The notes beneath the pieces are model-generated. The model ran no database searches and was not told the DNA's origin. It saw nothing but the letters and a program-made list of their open reading frames with translations. From Candidatus Altimarinota bacterium (lineage in GTDB: Bacteria > Patescibacteriota > Gracilibacteria > UBA1369): DNA of 32,000 nt. Made by a program: the position numbers and the translations under genes. The stretch covers positions 1 to 32,000 of the forward strand of contig JBAZYK010000006.1 in NCBI GenBank assembly GCA_041659405.1. Direction: 5' to 3'. Of this stretch, positions 24,296 to 32,000 are shown in pieces (position 1 is the first letter of the stretch; the number at the start of each line of letters is the position of its first letter).

Positions 24296-24435
24296 TTTCC
24301 GGAGGGAATGGTTTTTTGGCGACATTGCGAGCGCAGCCGTTCATGGCATCATGATGCCATGAACTTCGTGAGGGCGTACATGCTAGCCCGAACGAACTGG
24401 CGAAGCGTTCGCCAAAAAGCCATTCCCTCCGAAAA
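24296..24435. repeat. GC-rich nested inverted-repeat element (candidate structured RNA, MITE/REP-like element or regulatory DNA)
   Basis: The 22-nt arms ggagggaatggttttttggcga (24301-24322) and tcgccaaaaagccattccctcc (24409-24430) pair over 22 positions with one G-T. They enclose a perfect 26-nt palindrome, gttcatggcatcatgatgccatgaac (24339-24364). The flanks are AT-rich. Confidence 0.75.
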
Positions 24436-24470
24436 CTCAACGGCAAAAAACAGCGATCAGAACTCATCAT

Positions 24471-24499
24471 TTGTCCTTTGCCAAACTATCGACTATACT
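24471..24499 (+). promoter_or_regulatory. Candidate promoter of the tal-gnd-zwf-pgl cluster
   Basis: TTGTCC (24471-24476), a 17-nt spacer, then TATACT (24494-24499). The -10 ends 26 nt upstream of the ATG at 24526. Confidence 0.35.
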
Positions 24500-24525
24500 T
24501 CAAACCAACATAACTCATAAATTAT

Positions 24526-25179
24526 ATGCAACTTTTTTTAGATACAGCCAACCTGGAATCCATTAAGAAATATGCCGCTTGGGGCGTTGTTGATGGCGTC
24601 ACCACAAATCCTTCATTGGTAGCCAAAGAAGGCGTTTCTTTGGAAACAAGAATCAAAGAAATCAGCCAGGTTATTTCCGGACCAATCAGTAGTGAAGTTA
24701 TTGCTTTGGACGCAGCAACCATGGTCAAAGAAGGCCATAAATACGCTGCCTGGGGCAAAAATATTTACGTAAAAGTTCCAATGACACCGGATGGAATTCA
24801 AGCCTGCAAAATTCTAAGCGACGAAGGAATTCCGGTAAACGTAACTTTGATTTTTTCCGCAGGACAAGCGCTTCTTGCCGCAAAAGCCGGCGCGAGCTTT
24901 ATCAGTCCTTTTATTGGCAGACTTGATGATATCAGCGAAGATGGCATGGCTTTGATTGAAGAAATCATCACCATGTTTAAGCATTATAATTTTAAAACTA
25001 AAGTTCTTGTCGCAAGCGTAAGACACCCAAGGCACGTGGTGGAAGCCGCTAAACTCGGCGCTGATATTTGCACAATGCCGGCCGAAATCATGGATAAACT
25101 TATTCAGCATCCACTCACCGACAAAGGCATTAAAGGATTTTTAGCCGATTGGGAAAAGGTAAAAGATCTCCAAAGATAA
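24526..25179 (+). CDS. tal: Transaldolase / fructose-6-phosphate aldolase family (short, 217 aa)
   Basis: MQLFLDTANLESIKK, GVTTNPSL, the Schiff-base Lys context YVKVPMT, NVTLIFS and FISPFIGRLDDI. Confidence 0.93.
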   Translation: MQLFLDTANLESIKKYAAWGVVDGVTTNPSLVAKEGVSLETRIKEISQVISGPISSEVIALDAATMVKEGHKYAAWGKNIYVKVPMTPDGIQACKILSDEGIPVNVTLIFSAGQALLAAKAGASFISPFIGRLDDISEDGMALIEEIITMFKHYNFKTKVLVASVRHPRHVVEAAKLGADICTMPAEIMDKLIQHPLTDKGIKGFLADWEKVKDLQR

Positions 25180-25244
25180 ACACAACCGAAAAACGCATAA
25201 AATCCTCACAAGAAATTCACACAATTTAACCTCACAATTTTCTT

Positions 25245-26651
25245 ATGCAGAAGGCAAAAATAGGATTAATCGGACTGGCAGTAATGGGCGCAAATCTGGC
25301 TAGAAACATTGCCGATAAAAAAATTCCTACAATTGTTTACAACCGCACCAGTGAAAAAACATTAGGGTTTGTTGATCAATACGGAACCCAATATTTAAGA
25401 GGAGAAACCACTCTGGAAAAATTCGTTCAGGAGATTGAAAAACCAAGAAAAATTATTGTTATGGTTAAAGCCGGCGCGGCCGTGGATGAGCTAATTGAAC
25501 AGCTAAAACCTCTGCTTGATGCCGGAGATATTATTATCGACTGTGGAAATTCCTACTACAAAGACAGCGAAAGAAGATTTGCGGATTTGCAAAAAGTAGG
25601 CTTACATTTTTTTGGTTGTGGAGTTTCCGGCGGAGAAGAAGGCGCTTTGCACGGACCAAGTTTAATGCCGGGTGGAAGCCAAAAAGTCTGGAAACAACTT
25701 GAACCGATTTTTAAAGCGATTGCCGCCAAAGATTTTAACGGCAAACCTTGCGTGACCTATTTGGGCGAAGGCGCCGCCGGTCATTATGTAAAAATGGTTC
25801 ATAACGGAATTGAATACGGAATCATGCAAATAATGGCTGAGGCATACGATCTTTTACGAAAAATGTACAAGCTGGAAGCTCCCGAAATCGCCAAAATTTT
25901 CAAAAAATGGAATAACGGGAAACTGGATTCCTATCTTTTTGAAATCGCTTCCAAGATTTTAGAAAAAAAAGACGATCACAAAAAAGGCTATCTGATTGAT
26001 TACATTTTAGATGTCGCCGAACAAAAAGGCACCGGCGCCTGGACCAGTCACGACGCTTTGGACAAAGGGATTCCCCTTTCCACCGTCACCGAGTCGGTTT
26101 TTGCCCGCAATCTTTCCACTTTCAAAGAAACCAGAGTTGCCTTAGGTAAGCTCTATCCGACCAATAAAAAAATGAAGAAACCGGCCCAGGCAAAATTCAT
26201 CGCGCAACTGGAAAATGCTTTATATGCGTCAATTTTGAACAGTTACGCTCAAGGATATGAATTGATTCAAAGTGCTTCCGCTTTTCATGGTTGGCATATT
26301 AATTTGGCCGAAGTTTCCCGCATTTGGGAAGGTGGCTGCATTATCCGTGCCAAAATTTTAAATTTCCTCCACAAAGCTTATCAAAAAAATCCAACTAAAC
26401 ATTTACTGGCGATTCCGGAAGTCACCACCGCGCTCAAAAAAAACATTCCCGATTTGGAAATTATTGTCAGTCTGGCCGCTCAAAACGGCATACCTGCTTT
26501 AGGCCTAAGCAGCGCGCTTTTCTATTTCAGATCCATGACTTCCGCTCAAAGTTCAGCCAATTTTATTCAAGGTTTGCGCGACTTTTTTGGAGCACACACC
26601 TACGCCCGCACAGACCGAAAAGGATTATTCCATGCAGATTGGACAGAATAA
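25245..26651 (+). CDS. gnd: 6-phosphogluconate dehydrogenase, decarboxylating
   Basis: IGLIGLAVMGANLARNIA (Rossmann fold), HYVKMVHNGIEYGIMQIMAEAY, and the C-terminal RDFFGAHTY. Confidence 0.95.
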   Translation: MQKAKIGLIGLAVMGANLARNIADKKIPTIVYNRTSEKTLGFVDQYGTQYLRGETTLEKFVQEIEKPRKIIVMVKAGAAVDELIEQLKPLLDAGDIIIDCGNSYYKDSERRFADLQKVGLHFFGCGVSGGEEGALHGPSLMPGGSQKVWKQLEPIFKAIAAKDFNGKPCVTYLGEGAAGHYVKMVHNGIEYGIMQIMAEAYDLLRKMYKLEAPEIAKIFKKWNNGKLDSYLFEIASKILEKKDDHKKGYLIDYILDVAEQKGTGAWTSHDALDKGIPLSTVTESVFARNLSTFKETRVALGKLYPTNKKMKKPAQAKFIAQLENALYASILNSYAQGYELIQSASAFHGWHINLAEVSRIWEGGCIIRAKILNFLHKAYQKNPTKHLLAIPEVTTALKKNIPDLEIIVSLAAQNGIPALGLSSALFYFRSMTSAQSSANFIQGLRDFFGAHTYARTDRKGLFHADWTE

Positions 26652-26752
26652 AAAAACGCACTTCACTAAAAAGCTACTCCAGCCAAACCTGCGACATTAC
26701 AAACCAAAAATCGCACACTCAACCAACAATCGCACCTTCAAACCAACACACC

Positions 26753-28240
26753 ATGAATTTATTTCACATTAAAGATCCCTTCATTTTAACCATCTTTGGC
26801 GCCAGCGGTGATCTTGCCAAAATCAAAATCTTCCCTGCGCTCTACCGTTTGATGGAACAAAAAAGATTTCCCAAAGATTTTTATATTGTTGGATTTGCCC
26901 GTTCCACCAAAACCGAAAAAGAATTCAGAAAAGAGTTTTACGAATCCGTAGCCGGCAGAATAAAAAGTGAAAGCAGCAAAATGAGTTCAGAGCTAAACAA
27001 AGCCCTTCTTAACGAATTACTTGATCGCGTTTTTTATTTTCAGGGCCAGTATGATCAAAAAGAATCATTTGAAAAATATCGTGAATTTCTAAAAAAATTG
27101 ACCGCCAAGTCGGCAAAAAGAGTCAGCGCAGCAGATGCCAAATCAGGGGCAAAAGGCCTCATGCACATCGCCTATTGTTCGGTTCCACCTCAGGCTTTTA
27201 AATCGATCATTCAAAATCTTGGCGAAACCAAAACCGCCACAGATGAAAATATTCGCCTGGTAATAGAAAAACCTTTCGGCCAGGATCTTGAATCCGCCAC
27301 GGATTTATTCCACTTTATGGCGCGCTATTTTGATGAAAAACAAATTTATCTGCTCGACCATTATCTTGGAAAATCGGCTGTCCAAAGCATTCTTTACCTA
27401 AGGCATTCCAATCGCATCCTTAACCACATGATGAAAAGTTCGCAGATTGCCAATATCCAAATCACGGCTTTTGAAGACACCGGAGTCAGCAATCGCATTG
27501 GTTATTTTGAGCAGGTTGGAATTATTAAAGACATGATTCAGTCGCATCTTTTGCAGCTTTTGGCGCTTGTTACAATGTCCATTCCCATCACCATGATGGA
27601 CGACAGCCTGCACCGCGAAAAAAATAATATTCTTTCTTCGCTGATTATTCCCAAATCCAAAAACAACATTGTTTTAGGCCAATATCAAAGCTACAAAAAG
27701 GAAACAAACGTTCCAAAAGGCTCAAAAACCGAAACTTTTGCGGCACTGCGCCTTTTTATTGACCGTGAAAGCTGGTACAAAATCCCGATTTACATTCGCA
27801 CCGGCAAAAAACTTCACGAAAAGCACACTTACATCACGATTGAATTTAAAAAATTCAAATTTCAGGATAAAAACGAACAGCCAAATGTGCTGATCATTGA
27901 GCTCTATCCCGAAGAAAAACTTAACCTGAAACTTTTAAACCAGAACGGCTACGGTGAAAAAAATTATAAAGTTATTACAACTTCCGACTCGATTGCCTGC
28001 ACCGGAGATGACTGTTTACCCGAACATGGATCTTTATTGCTGGACGTCTTCCGCGGCAACAAAATGCAGTTTTTAAGCTTTCCGGAAATTATTGCCAGCT
28101 GGAAAATCACCGAAGAAATTATCAAAACCATTAAAGAAGAAAAAATCCCCGTGGAAATTTACAAAGACGATTCTTCCGGACCAGAAAGCCAGAAAAAGAT
28201 TAACGCTTCCGACCATTTCCGCTGGTGCGATCCACATTGA
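26753..28240 (+). CDS. zwf: Glucose-6-phosphate 1-dehydrogenase
   Basis: IFGASGDLAKIKIFPALY, RLVIEKPFGQDLESA and DHYLGK. The start is set at the ATG at 26753. The track ORF start at 26639 adds 38 low-complexity residues that overlap gnd. Confidence 0.93.
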   Translation: MNLFHIKDPFILTIFGASGDLAKIKIFPALYRLMEQKRFPKDFYIVGFARSTKTEKEFRKEFYESVAGRIKSESSKMSSELNKALLNELLDRVFYFQGQYDQKESFEKYREFLKKLTAKSAKRVSAADAKSGAKGLMHIAYCSVPPQAFKSIIQNLGETKTATDENIRLVIEKPFGQDLESATDLFHFMARYFDEKQIYLLDHYLGKSAVQSILYLRHSNRILNHMMKSSQIANIQITAFEDTGVSNRIGYFEQVGIIKDMIQSHLLQLLALVTMSIPITMMDDSLHREKNNILSSLIIPKSKNNIVLGQYQSYKKETNVPKGSKTETFAALRLFIDRESWYKIPIYIRTGKKLHEKHTYITIEFKKFKFQDKNEQPNVLIIELYPEEKLNLKLLNQNGYGEKNYKVITTSDSIACTGDDCLPEHGSLLLDVFRGNKMQFLSFPEIIASWKITEEIIKTIKEEKIPVEIYKDDSSGPESQKKINASDHFRWCDPH

Positions 28241-28252
28241 TTTAAAATCCAT

Positions 28253-28951
28253 ATGAGAATCAGAATATTTAGCAGTGAAAAAAAATTCATCAATGAGAGT
28301 GTTGATTTCATCAAAACCCTTTGCACCTCCAAAGAATACAAATACTCTGCGAAAAAAATTTCCATTGCCCTAAGCGGCGGCTCAACACCTGCCCCAATCT
28401 ACAAAGATTTGGCCCGGGAAAGCCTACCTTTTGATAAAATCGTTTTTTATCAGGTTGATGAACGATACGTTGATCCTACTCATCCGGATTCAAACCAGAA
28501 AATGATTCGTGAAATCATGGGAGACGAATTAATAAATACACATTTTTTTGATACCACCATTCCCATTAACGAATCATTAACGGAATATGAAAAAATCATT
28601 AAAAAATTACCAAGTCAAAGTTTTGACTTAGTGATTTTAGGAATCGGACCGGATGGCCATTTTGCCTCTATCTTCCCCGAAAGTCCTCTTTTAAAATCAG
28701 CCGGAAAAGATCAACTGGTCGGCCACACGCAAACCAATGCCTTTGCCGTAAAAGATCGTTTAACCCTGGCCCTAAAACCGATCCTCAAAAGCAAAAACAT
28801 CCTCGTGCTTTTAAAAGGAAAAGAAAAACAGGAAATCATTACCGAACTCCAAAATAAATCGACCCCAACCCCAAAAGATATTTCGCGATTCCCCGCTCTC
28901 GCCCTAATAAAACACAAAAATTTAACCGTTTTCTTCTGCGAGACTGACTGA
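28253..28951 (+). CDS. pgl: 6-phosphogluconolactonase
   Basis: IALSGGSTPAPIY, FYQVDERYV and LGIGPDGHFASIFP. It lies 12 nt after zwf. Confidence 0.9.
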   Translation: MRIRIFSSEKKFINESVDFIKTLCTSKEYKYSAKKISIALSGGSTPAPIYKDLARESLPFDKIVFYQVDERYVDPTHPDSNQKMIREIMGDELINTHFFDTTIPINESLTEYEKIIKKLPSQSFDLVILGIGPDGHFASIFPESPLLKSAGKDQLVGHTQTNAFAVKDRLTLALKPILKSKNILVLLKGKEKQEIITELQNKSTPTPKDISRFPALALIKHKNLTVFFCETD

Positions 28952-28961
28952 CAAGTAAACG

Positions 28962-29333
28962 CTAATTCCATTGAGCACTCCCAGCACTCTTTCCGAAAAT
29001 AATAGTTGCATCCTTAAATTTCCGGTGAACACCTTCACGAATCAGCTCAGCGCGAGCCGCGCCATATTTTCCAAGATCACGTAAATGCTCCAAACGAAAC
29101 TTTACCAATAAAGAATTGGACCTTTCACAAACAAACTTAGCATCACTGGAATCAAATCCAATAATAGTCACAAGCTCGTTTCTGTCAAAACCGCCTCTTT
29201 CAACATAAACCTTTTTACCGACCGTAACATCTTCAGGATTTAGCACAAATCTGTTACGCTCTGCAGAATCTGAATCCAAAGCCCGATCTATATCATCCAA
29301 TTCGTAAGGTGACAGTTCAACATCAGGACGCAT
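28962..29333 (-). CDS. Hypothetical protein (123 aa)
   Basis: Clean ORF and the last gene of a three-ORF same-strand group. Its N-terminus is acidic. No recognisable motifs. Confidence 0.5.
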   Translation of the reverse strand: MRPDVELSPYELDDIDRALDSDSAERNRFVLNPEDVTVGKKVYVERGGFDRNELVTIIGFDSSDAKFVCERSNSLLVKFRLEHLRDLGKYGAARAELIREGVHRKFKDATIIFGKSAGSAQWN

Positions 29334-29388
29334 TATCGATTAAGTTAAGTATTTCCCGAAATACCATTTTTAAATAAACAGGGAAATA

Positions 29389-30285
29389 TTATATATCGAT
29401 ATCGAATTTTGTCAAACCAAGACTCCTAGTCTGCCCCGCAATATCAGATATATCCTTAGAAACACCTGCCTCAAACTTTTTAACGAAATTTATTCGCATG
29501 GAATTATGATAATCGATGACCTTTTTTCCATATTTATTTAGAACGAGTTCTCCATCATTACCTCTTAAATATTCATCTCTATCCTTATCAAAAACGTACA
29601 AATCTGCACACAACTTTAAATTTGGATCACCCGCTAAAACTCTTTCTAAATTCTGCTCATCTTCTGTTGTTTGTGGCCTATAATCATTTTTCCAAAGCCA
29701 ATAAATAACATCTAGCTGACCAACTTCTGCCGTCAACGCCACTGCGCTATTCTCTACCCGCACGGTACTTTGAGATAATTCCTGCATAAAAGCTTCTCCC
29801 GATTTTAAAAGCGCATCCGCAAATCCTTGCTGCCTATACTCAGGAACTGTATAGCGATCTGTTAATTTAAAGTTTTCGTTTCCAAGATCAATGAAATCCA
29901 ATCCACAAAGACCTTGCGAACCTAGACTTAATCTAAACTCAATTTTGATGCTATTTTCACCATTTGCCGTATCAGTAACCCTTACTTTATTGGCTAAAAT
30001 TTTTAAATCGCTCTCTTCATCAAGAAGAGTTTCCCCTAGAGTAAGAACCTTTCTAGTCAGTGTTCCAATTTTTTTATATTTTAAGCCTTTGGGCGAGAGG
30101 TTACCATCAGTGTACCTACCCACCATTTCTTTGCCAAAAATTTTAAATTTTTCAATTAAAGCAGGAGTAAAAGGAAATTTTTCCTTTTTTTGAGGAGGCG
30201 GATTCAAATCCGCACCGCACCCTTTATATTGAGCGATTACATCAGCGAAACTGGGAAGAGATTGCATTTTTTCGGGAGTAGACAT
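29389..30285 (-). CDS. Hypothetical protein (298 aa) with a possible GNAT-like acetyltransferase core
   Basis: RYTVPEYRQQGFADALLKSGEAFMQEL resembles GNAT motif A (V-x-P-x-Y-R-x-x-G-x-[GA]). The rest is unrecognised. Confidence 0.55.
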   Translation of the reverse strand: MSTPEKMQSLPSFADVIAQYKGCGADLNPPPQKKEKFPFTPALIEKFKIFGKEMVGRYTDGNLSPKGLKYKKIGTLTRKVLTLGETLLDEESDLKILANKVRVTDTANGENSIKIEFRLSLGSQGLCGLDFIDLGNENFKLTDRYTVPEYRQQGFADALLKSGEAFMQELSQSTVRVENSAVALTAEVGQLDVIYWLWKNDYRPQTTEDEQNLERVLAGDPNLKLCADLYVFDKDRDEYLRGNDGELVLNKYGKKVIDYHNSMRINFVKKFEAGVSKDISDIAGQTRSLGLTKFDIDI

Positions 30286-30293
30286 ATTTTTTT

Positions 30294-31037
30294 TTACTTG
30301 AAGATTGAAGCGACACTTTCTCTGATTTTTCTTAAAATGGATTCCGCTTTCTTCCCCTCACTTCCCTTCTCAATTTCTGTTCTATGCCATTTCCCAGTCG
30401 GAGAATTTTTTTGATTAAAATACTGAAGTCCTTTTGCAGCTTCAGGATCACCTTTTTCCAAAATTTTCTTCCATTGCCCAAGTAATCTTAGGGCATTATC
30501 ACAATGAGCACTACATGGAGTAAAAGAAGGAGGACGAAAATCTAATTGCTCGGAATATGATTTTCCTGAACGAAATAATTGCATCAATTCAAAATCGAAA
30601 TTCGAAATAATTTTTTTAGGCGAAAAAGATTTTCTAGCTTTAAGATTTTTTTGGGAATGAATGTACTCTTCTGTACAACATTCAGGGTATCCCAAAAACT
30701 TGCCATTAATTTTGTGAGACTCACTATAATTAGCCCCTTCAGGAAGAACAAGTTCACTCCTATAACAATCAGAAATTATTTCAGGTGAAGCAACTTCATA
30801 TATTGGGTCTAAACTATGTGGATCGTTGGTTTGTATGGCTTGTAATCCTAATTTTTCAACCAATTTCAAAAAAGTTTTATGATTACCTCCAATTATGGTT
30901 CCAGGTTTAACTCCTTCAGCCACTAATAAAAGTTGAGCACGATCCAACCCATTCAAGGCTTTCCAATCAGGAGATTCATAAACATCCTTATGTTTAAGCT
31001 CAATTTCATCTGTCGGCTTCTCTAGTTTTTCGACCAT
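30294..31037 (-). CDS. Hypothetical protein (247 aa) with GYPECC and PCSAHC Cys motifs
   Basis: The start is set at MVEKLEKPTDE (31037). The track ORF start at 31085 adds an AT-rich hydrophobic leader. Four Cys in two motifs (LGYPECC, FTPCSAHC) suggest a metal site. Confidence 0.55.
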   Translation of the reverse strand: MVEKLEKPTDEIELKHKDVYESPDWKALNGLDRAQLLLVAEGVKPGTIIGGNHKTFLKLVEKLGLQAIQTNDPHSLDPIYEVASPEIISDCYRSELVLPEGANYSESHKINGKFLGYPECCTEEYIHSQKNLKARKSFSPKKIISNFDFELMQLFRSGKSYSEQLDFRPPSFTPCSAHCDNALRLLGQWKKILEKGDPEAAKGLQYFNQKNSPTGKWHRTEIEKGSEGKKAESILRKIRESVASIFK

Positions 31038-31253
31038 AAATAACTTTAAAAGTATCTTGTTATTATACAACAATATATACGTCAAAGCAAACTAAGCACT
31101 CCCCCAAGAGTTTATGGCTTACTGCAGCCAGTGTACTTTTTCCGGATCTTAACAGCGCAACATTCTTCAATGTGTAAAGAGACCGGCGAAAATAGCGAAG
31201 AAGCGCATCCAAAAACGCTTGGAATAAAAAAAACAAGCCCGCACCCCCTACCC

Positions 31254-32000
31254 TCAAATCATCCCCTCGATCTGCTTCTTTATCTCCGGAATTCCAACCA
31301 TCGTCACCGTCGAAACAAAACATGGCTTAAAGGCCTTATATTTTTTGGCCAACTCTTTGCACTTTTTTTCGATTTCTTTTTTTGTATGTCGAGCCGCCAA
31401 TAAATCCAACTTATTAAAAACGTAAATCATGGGCTTGTCTGCGACCTTAATTTTCTCCAAAATATCATGCACGACCTTCATTTTATCCTCCATTTTTGGA
31501 TCGTTCAGGTCGATCACATGCACCAAAAGATCAGCTTCAATTGTTTCTTCCAATGTGGATTGAAAAGACTTAATTAAAGTCGCCGCAAGATCCTGAATAA
31601 AACCAATTGTGTCCGAAACAAGCACTTCTTTGCGCTCTACTCGGCCATCATCAAAACTCTTTTCAAAATATAATTTCCCAACACGCGTATCCAAAGTGGC
31701 AAAAAGTTTATCGGCCGCGTAAGCGCCTTTATGCGTTAAAGCATTTAACAAACTCGATTTCCCGGCATTGGTATAACCAATAATTCCAACAGTTTTTAAA
31801 TTTTTGCGACGACGACCTTCACGGTGCAATTTACGCACACGTTTACAGTCCTCCAATTCTTCCAAAATTCGATCTTCATGTTTGGAAAGATGCCTTTTCA
31901 TTGTTTCCAAATTGGTTTCACCTGCACCGCGCGTTCCGATTCCACCACCCTGACGAGTTAACTGCATACCCATGCCATAAATACGTGGCCCCATGTGCCG
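31254..32000 (-). CDS. hflX: GTPase HflX (C-terminal part; the gene continues beyond the window end)
   Basis: GGGIGTRGAGETNLE (HflX N-domain signature), G1 GYTNAGKSSLLNALT, LFATLD, G3 DTIGFI and G4 NKLD. The reading frame is open to position 32000. Confidence 0.9.
   Translation of the reverse strand, partial: RHMGPRIYGMGMQLTRQGGGIGTRGAGETNLETMKRHLSKHEDRILEELEDCKRVRKLHREGRRRKNLKTVGIIGYTNAGKSSLLNALTHKGAYAADKLFATLDTRVGKLYFEKSFDDGRVERKEVLVSDTIGFIQDLAATLIKSFQSTLEETIEADLLVHVIDLNDPKMEDKMKVVHDILEKIKVADKPMIYVFNKLDLLAARHTKKEIEKKCKELAKKYKAFKPCFVSTVTMVGIPEIKKQIEGMI

Noticed and set aside
24279-24520. ORFs 24279-24470 (-) and 24308-24520 (+)
   Set aside because: Both run through the nested palindrome and contain the same peptide (SWHHDAMN) because they read the same palindrome on opposite strands. 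That marks them as artefacts of DNA symmetry, not genes.
26639-26752. Upstream ATG (26639) as the zwf start
   Set aside because: It would add 38 low-complexity residues (T/Q/S/K-rich), overlap the gnd 3' end, and sit before the conserved N-terminal NADP-binding motif. The ATG at 26753 gives a normal G6PD N-terminus.
31063-31403. ORFs 31063-31323 (-) and 31131-31403 (+)
   Set aside because: They overlap the hflX 3' end and the intergenic region, have no motifs, and are out of frame with or antisense to a confidently identified gene.

Overview
Gene-dense, low-GC bacterial window with 25 supported protein-coding genes. I saw no rRNA, tRNA, CRISPR array, transposase or integrase. The left third (56-12447, minus strand) looks like one five-gene unit. 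In order it encodes two stand-alone receiver (CheY-like) proteins, a 273-aa doubly anchored membrane protein, a 3,212-aa repeat-built surface protein, and a PAS-PAS-HisKA protein that lacks a kinase ATP-binding domain. The giant protein holds 14 domains of about 110 aa, each with one Asp-box, arranged in three ~2.0-kb super-repeats. The 273-aa neighbour shares both of the giant protein's termini, so it reads as a miniature version of it. The rest of the window is mostly housekeeping: an EamA-type transporter, a deoxyhypusine-synthase-like protein, a TrmB-like regulator, and a 560-aa Cys-rich protein with internal duplications. It also has a DEAD-box helicase with an N-terminal S/R/A-rich tail, a candidate lipoprotein, a glutamine-synthetase-family enzyme, and a threonine-synthase-like PLP enzyme. 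A tal-gnd-zwf-pgl pentose-phosphate cluster, two small groups of unrecognisable genes and a partial hflX complete the set. A ~140-nt GC-rich nested palindrome sits between the divergent thrC-like and tal promoters and no gene model explains it. No start codon in the window is preceded by a Shine-Dalgarno-like purine tract. Tiny intergenic gaps, SD-less starts, orphan genes and a giant envelope protein fit a small-genome uncultivated bacterium such as CPR/Patescibacteria, but that placement is inference only. All domain calls come from motif reading by eye; no database search was run.
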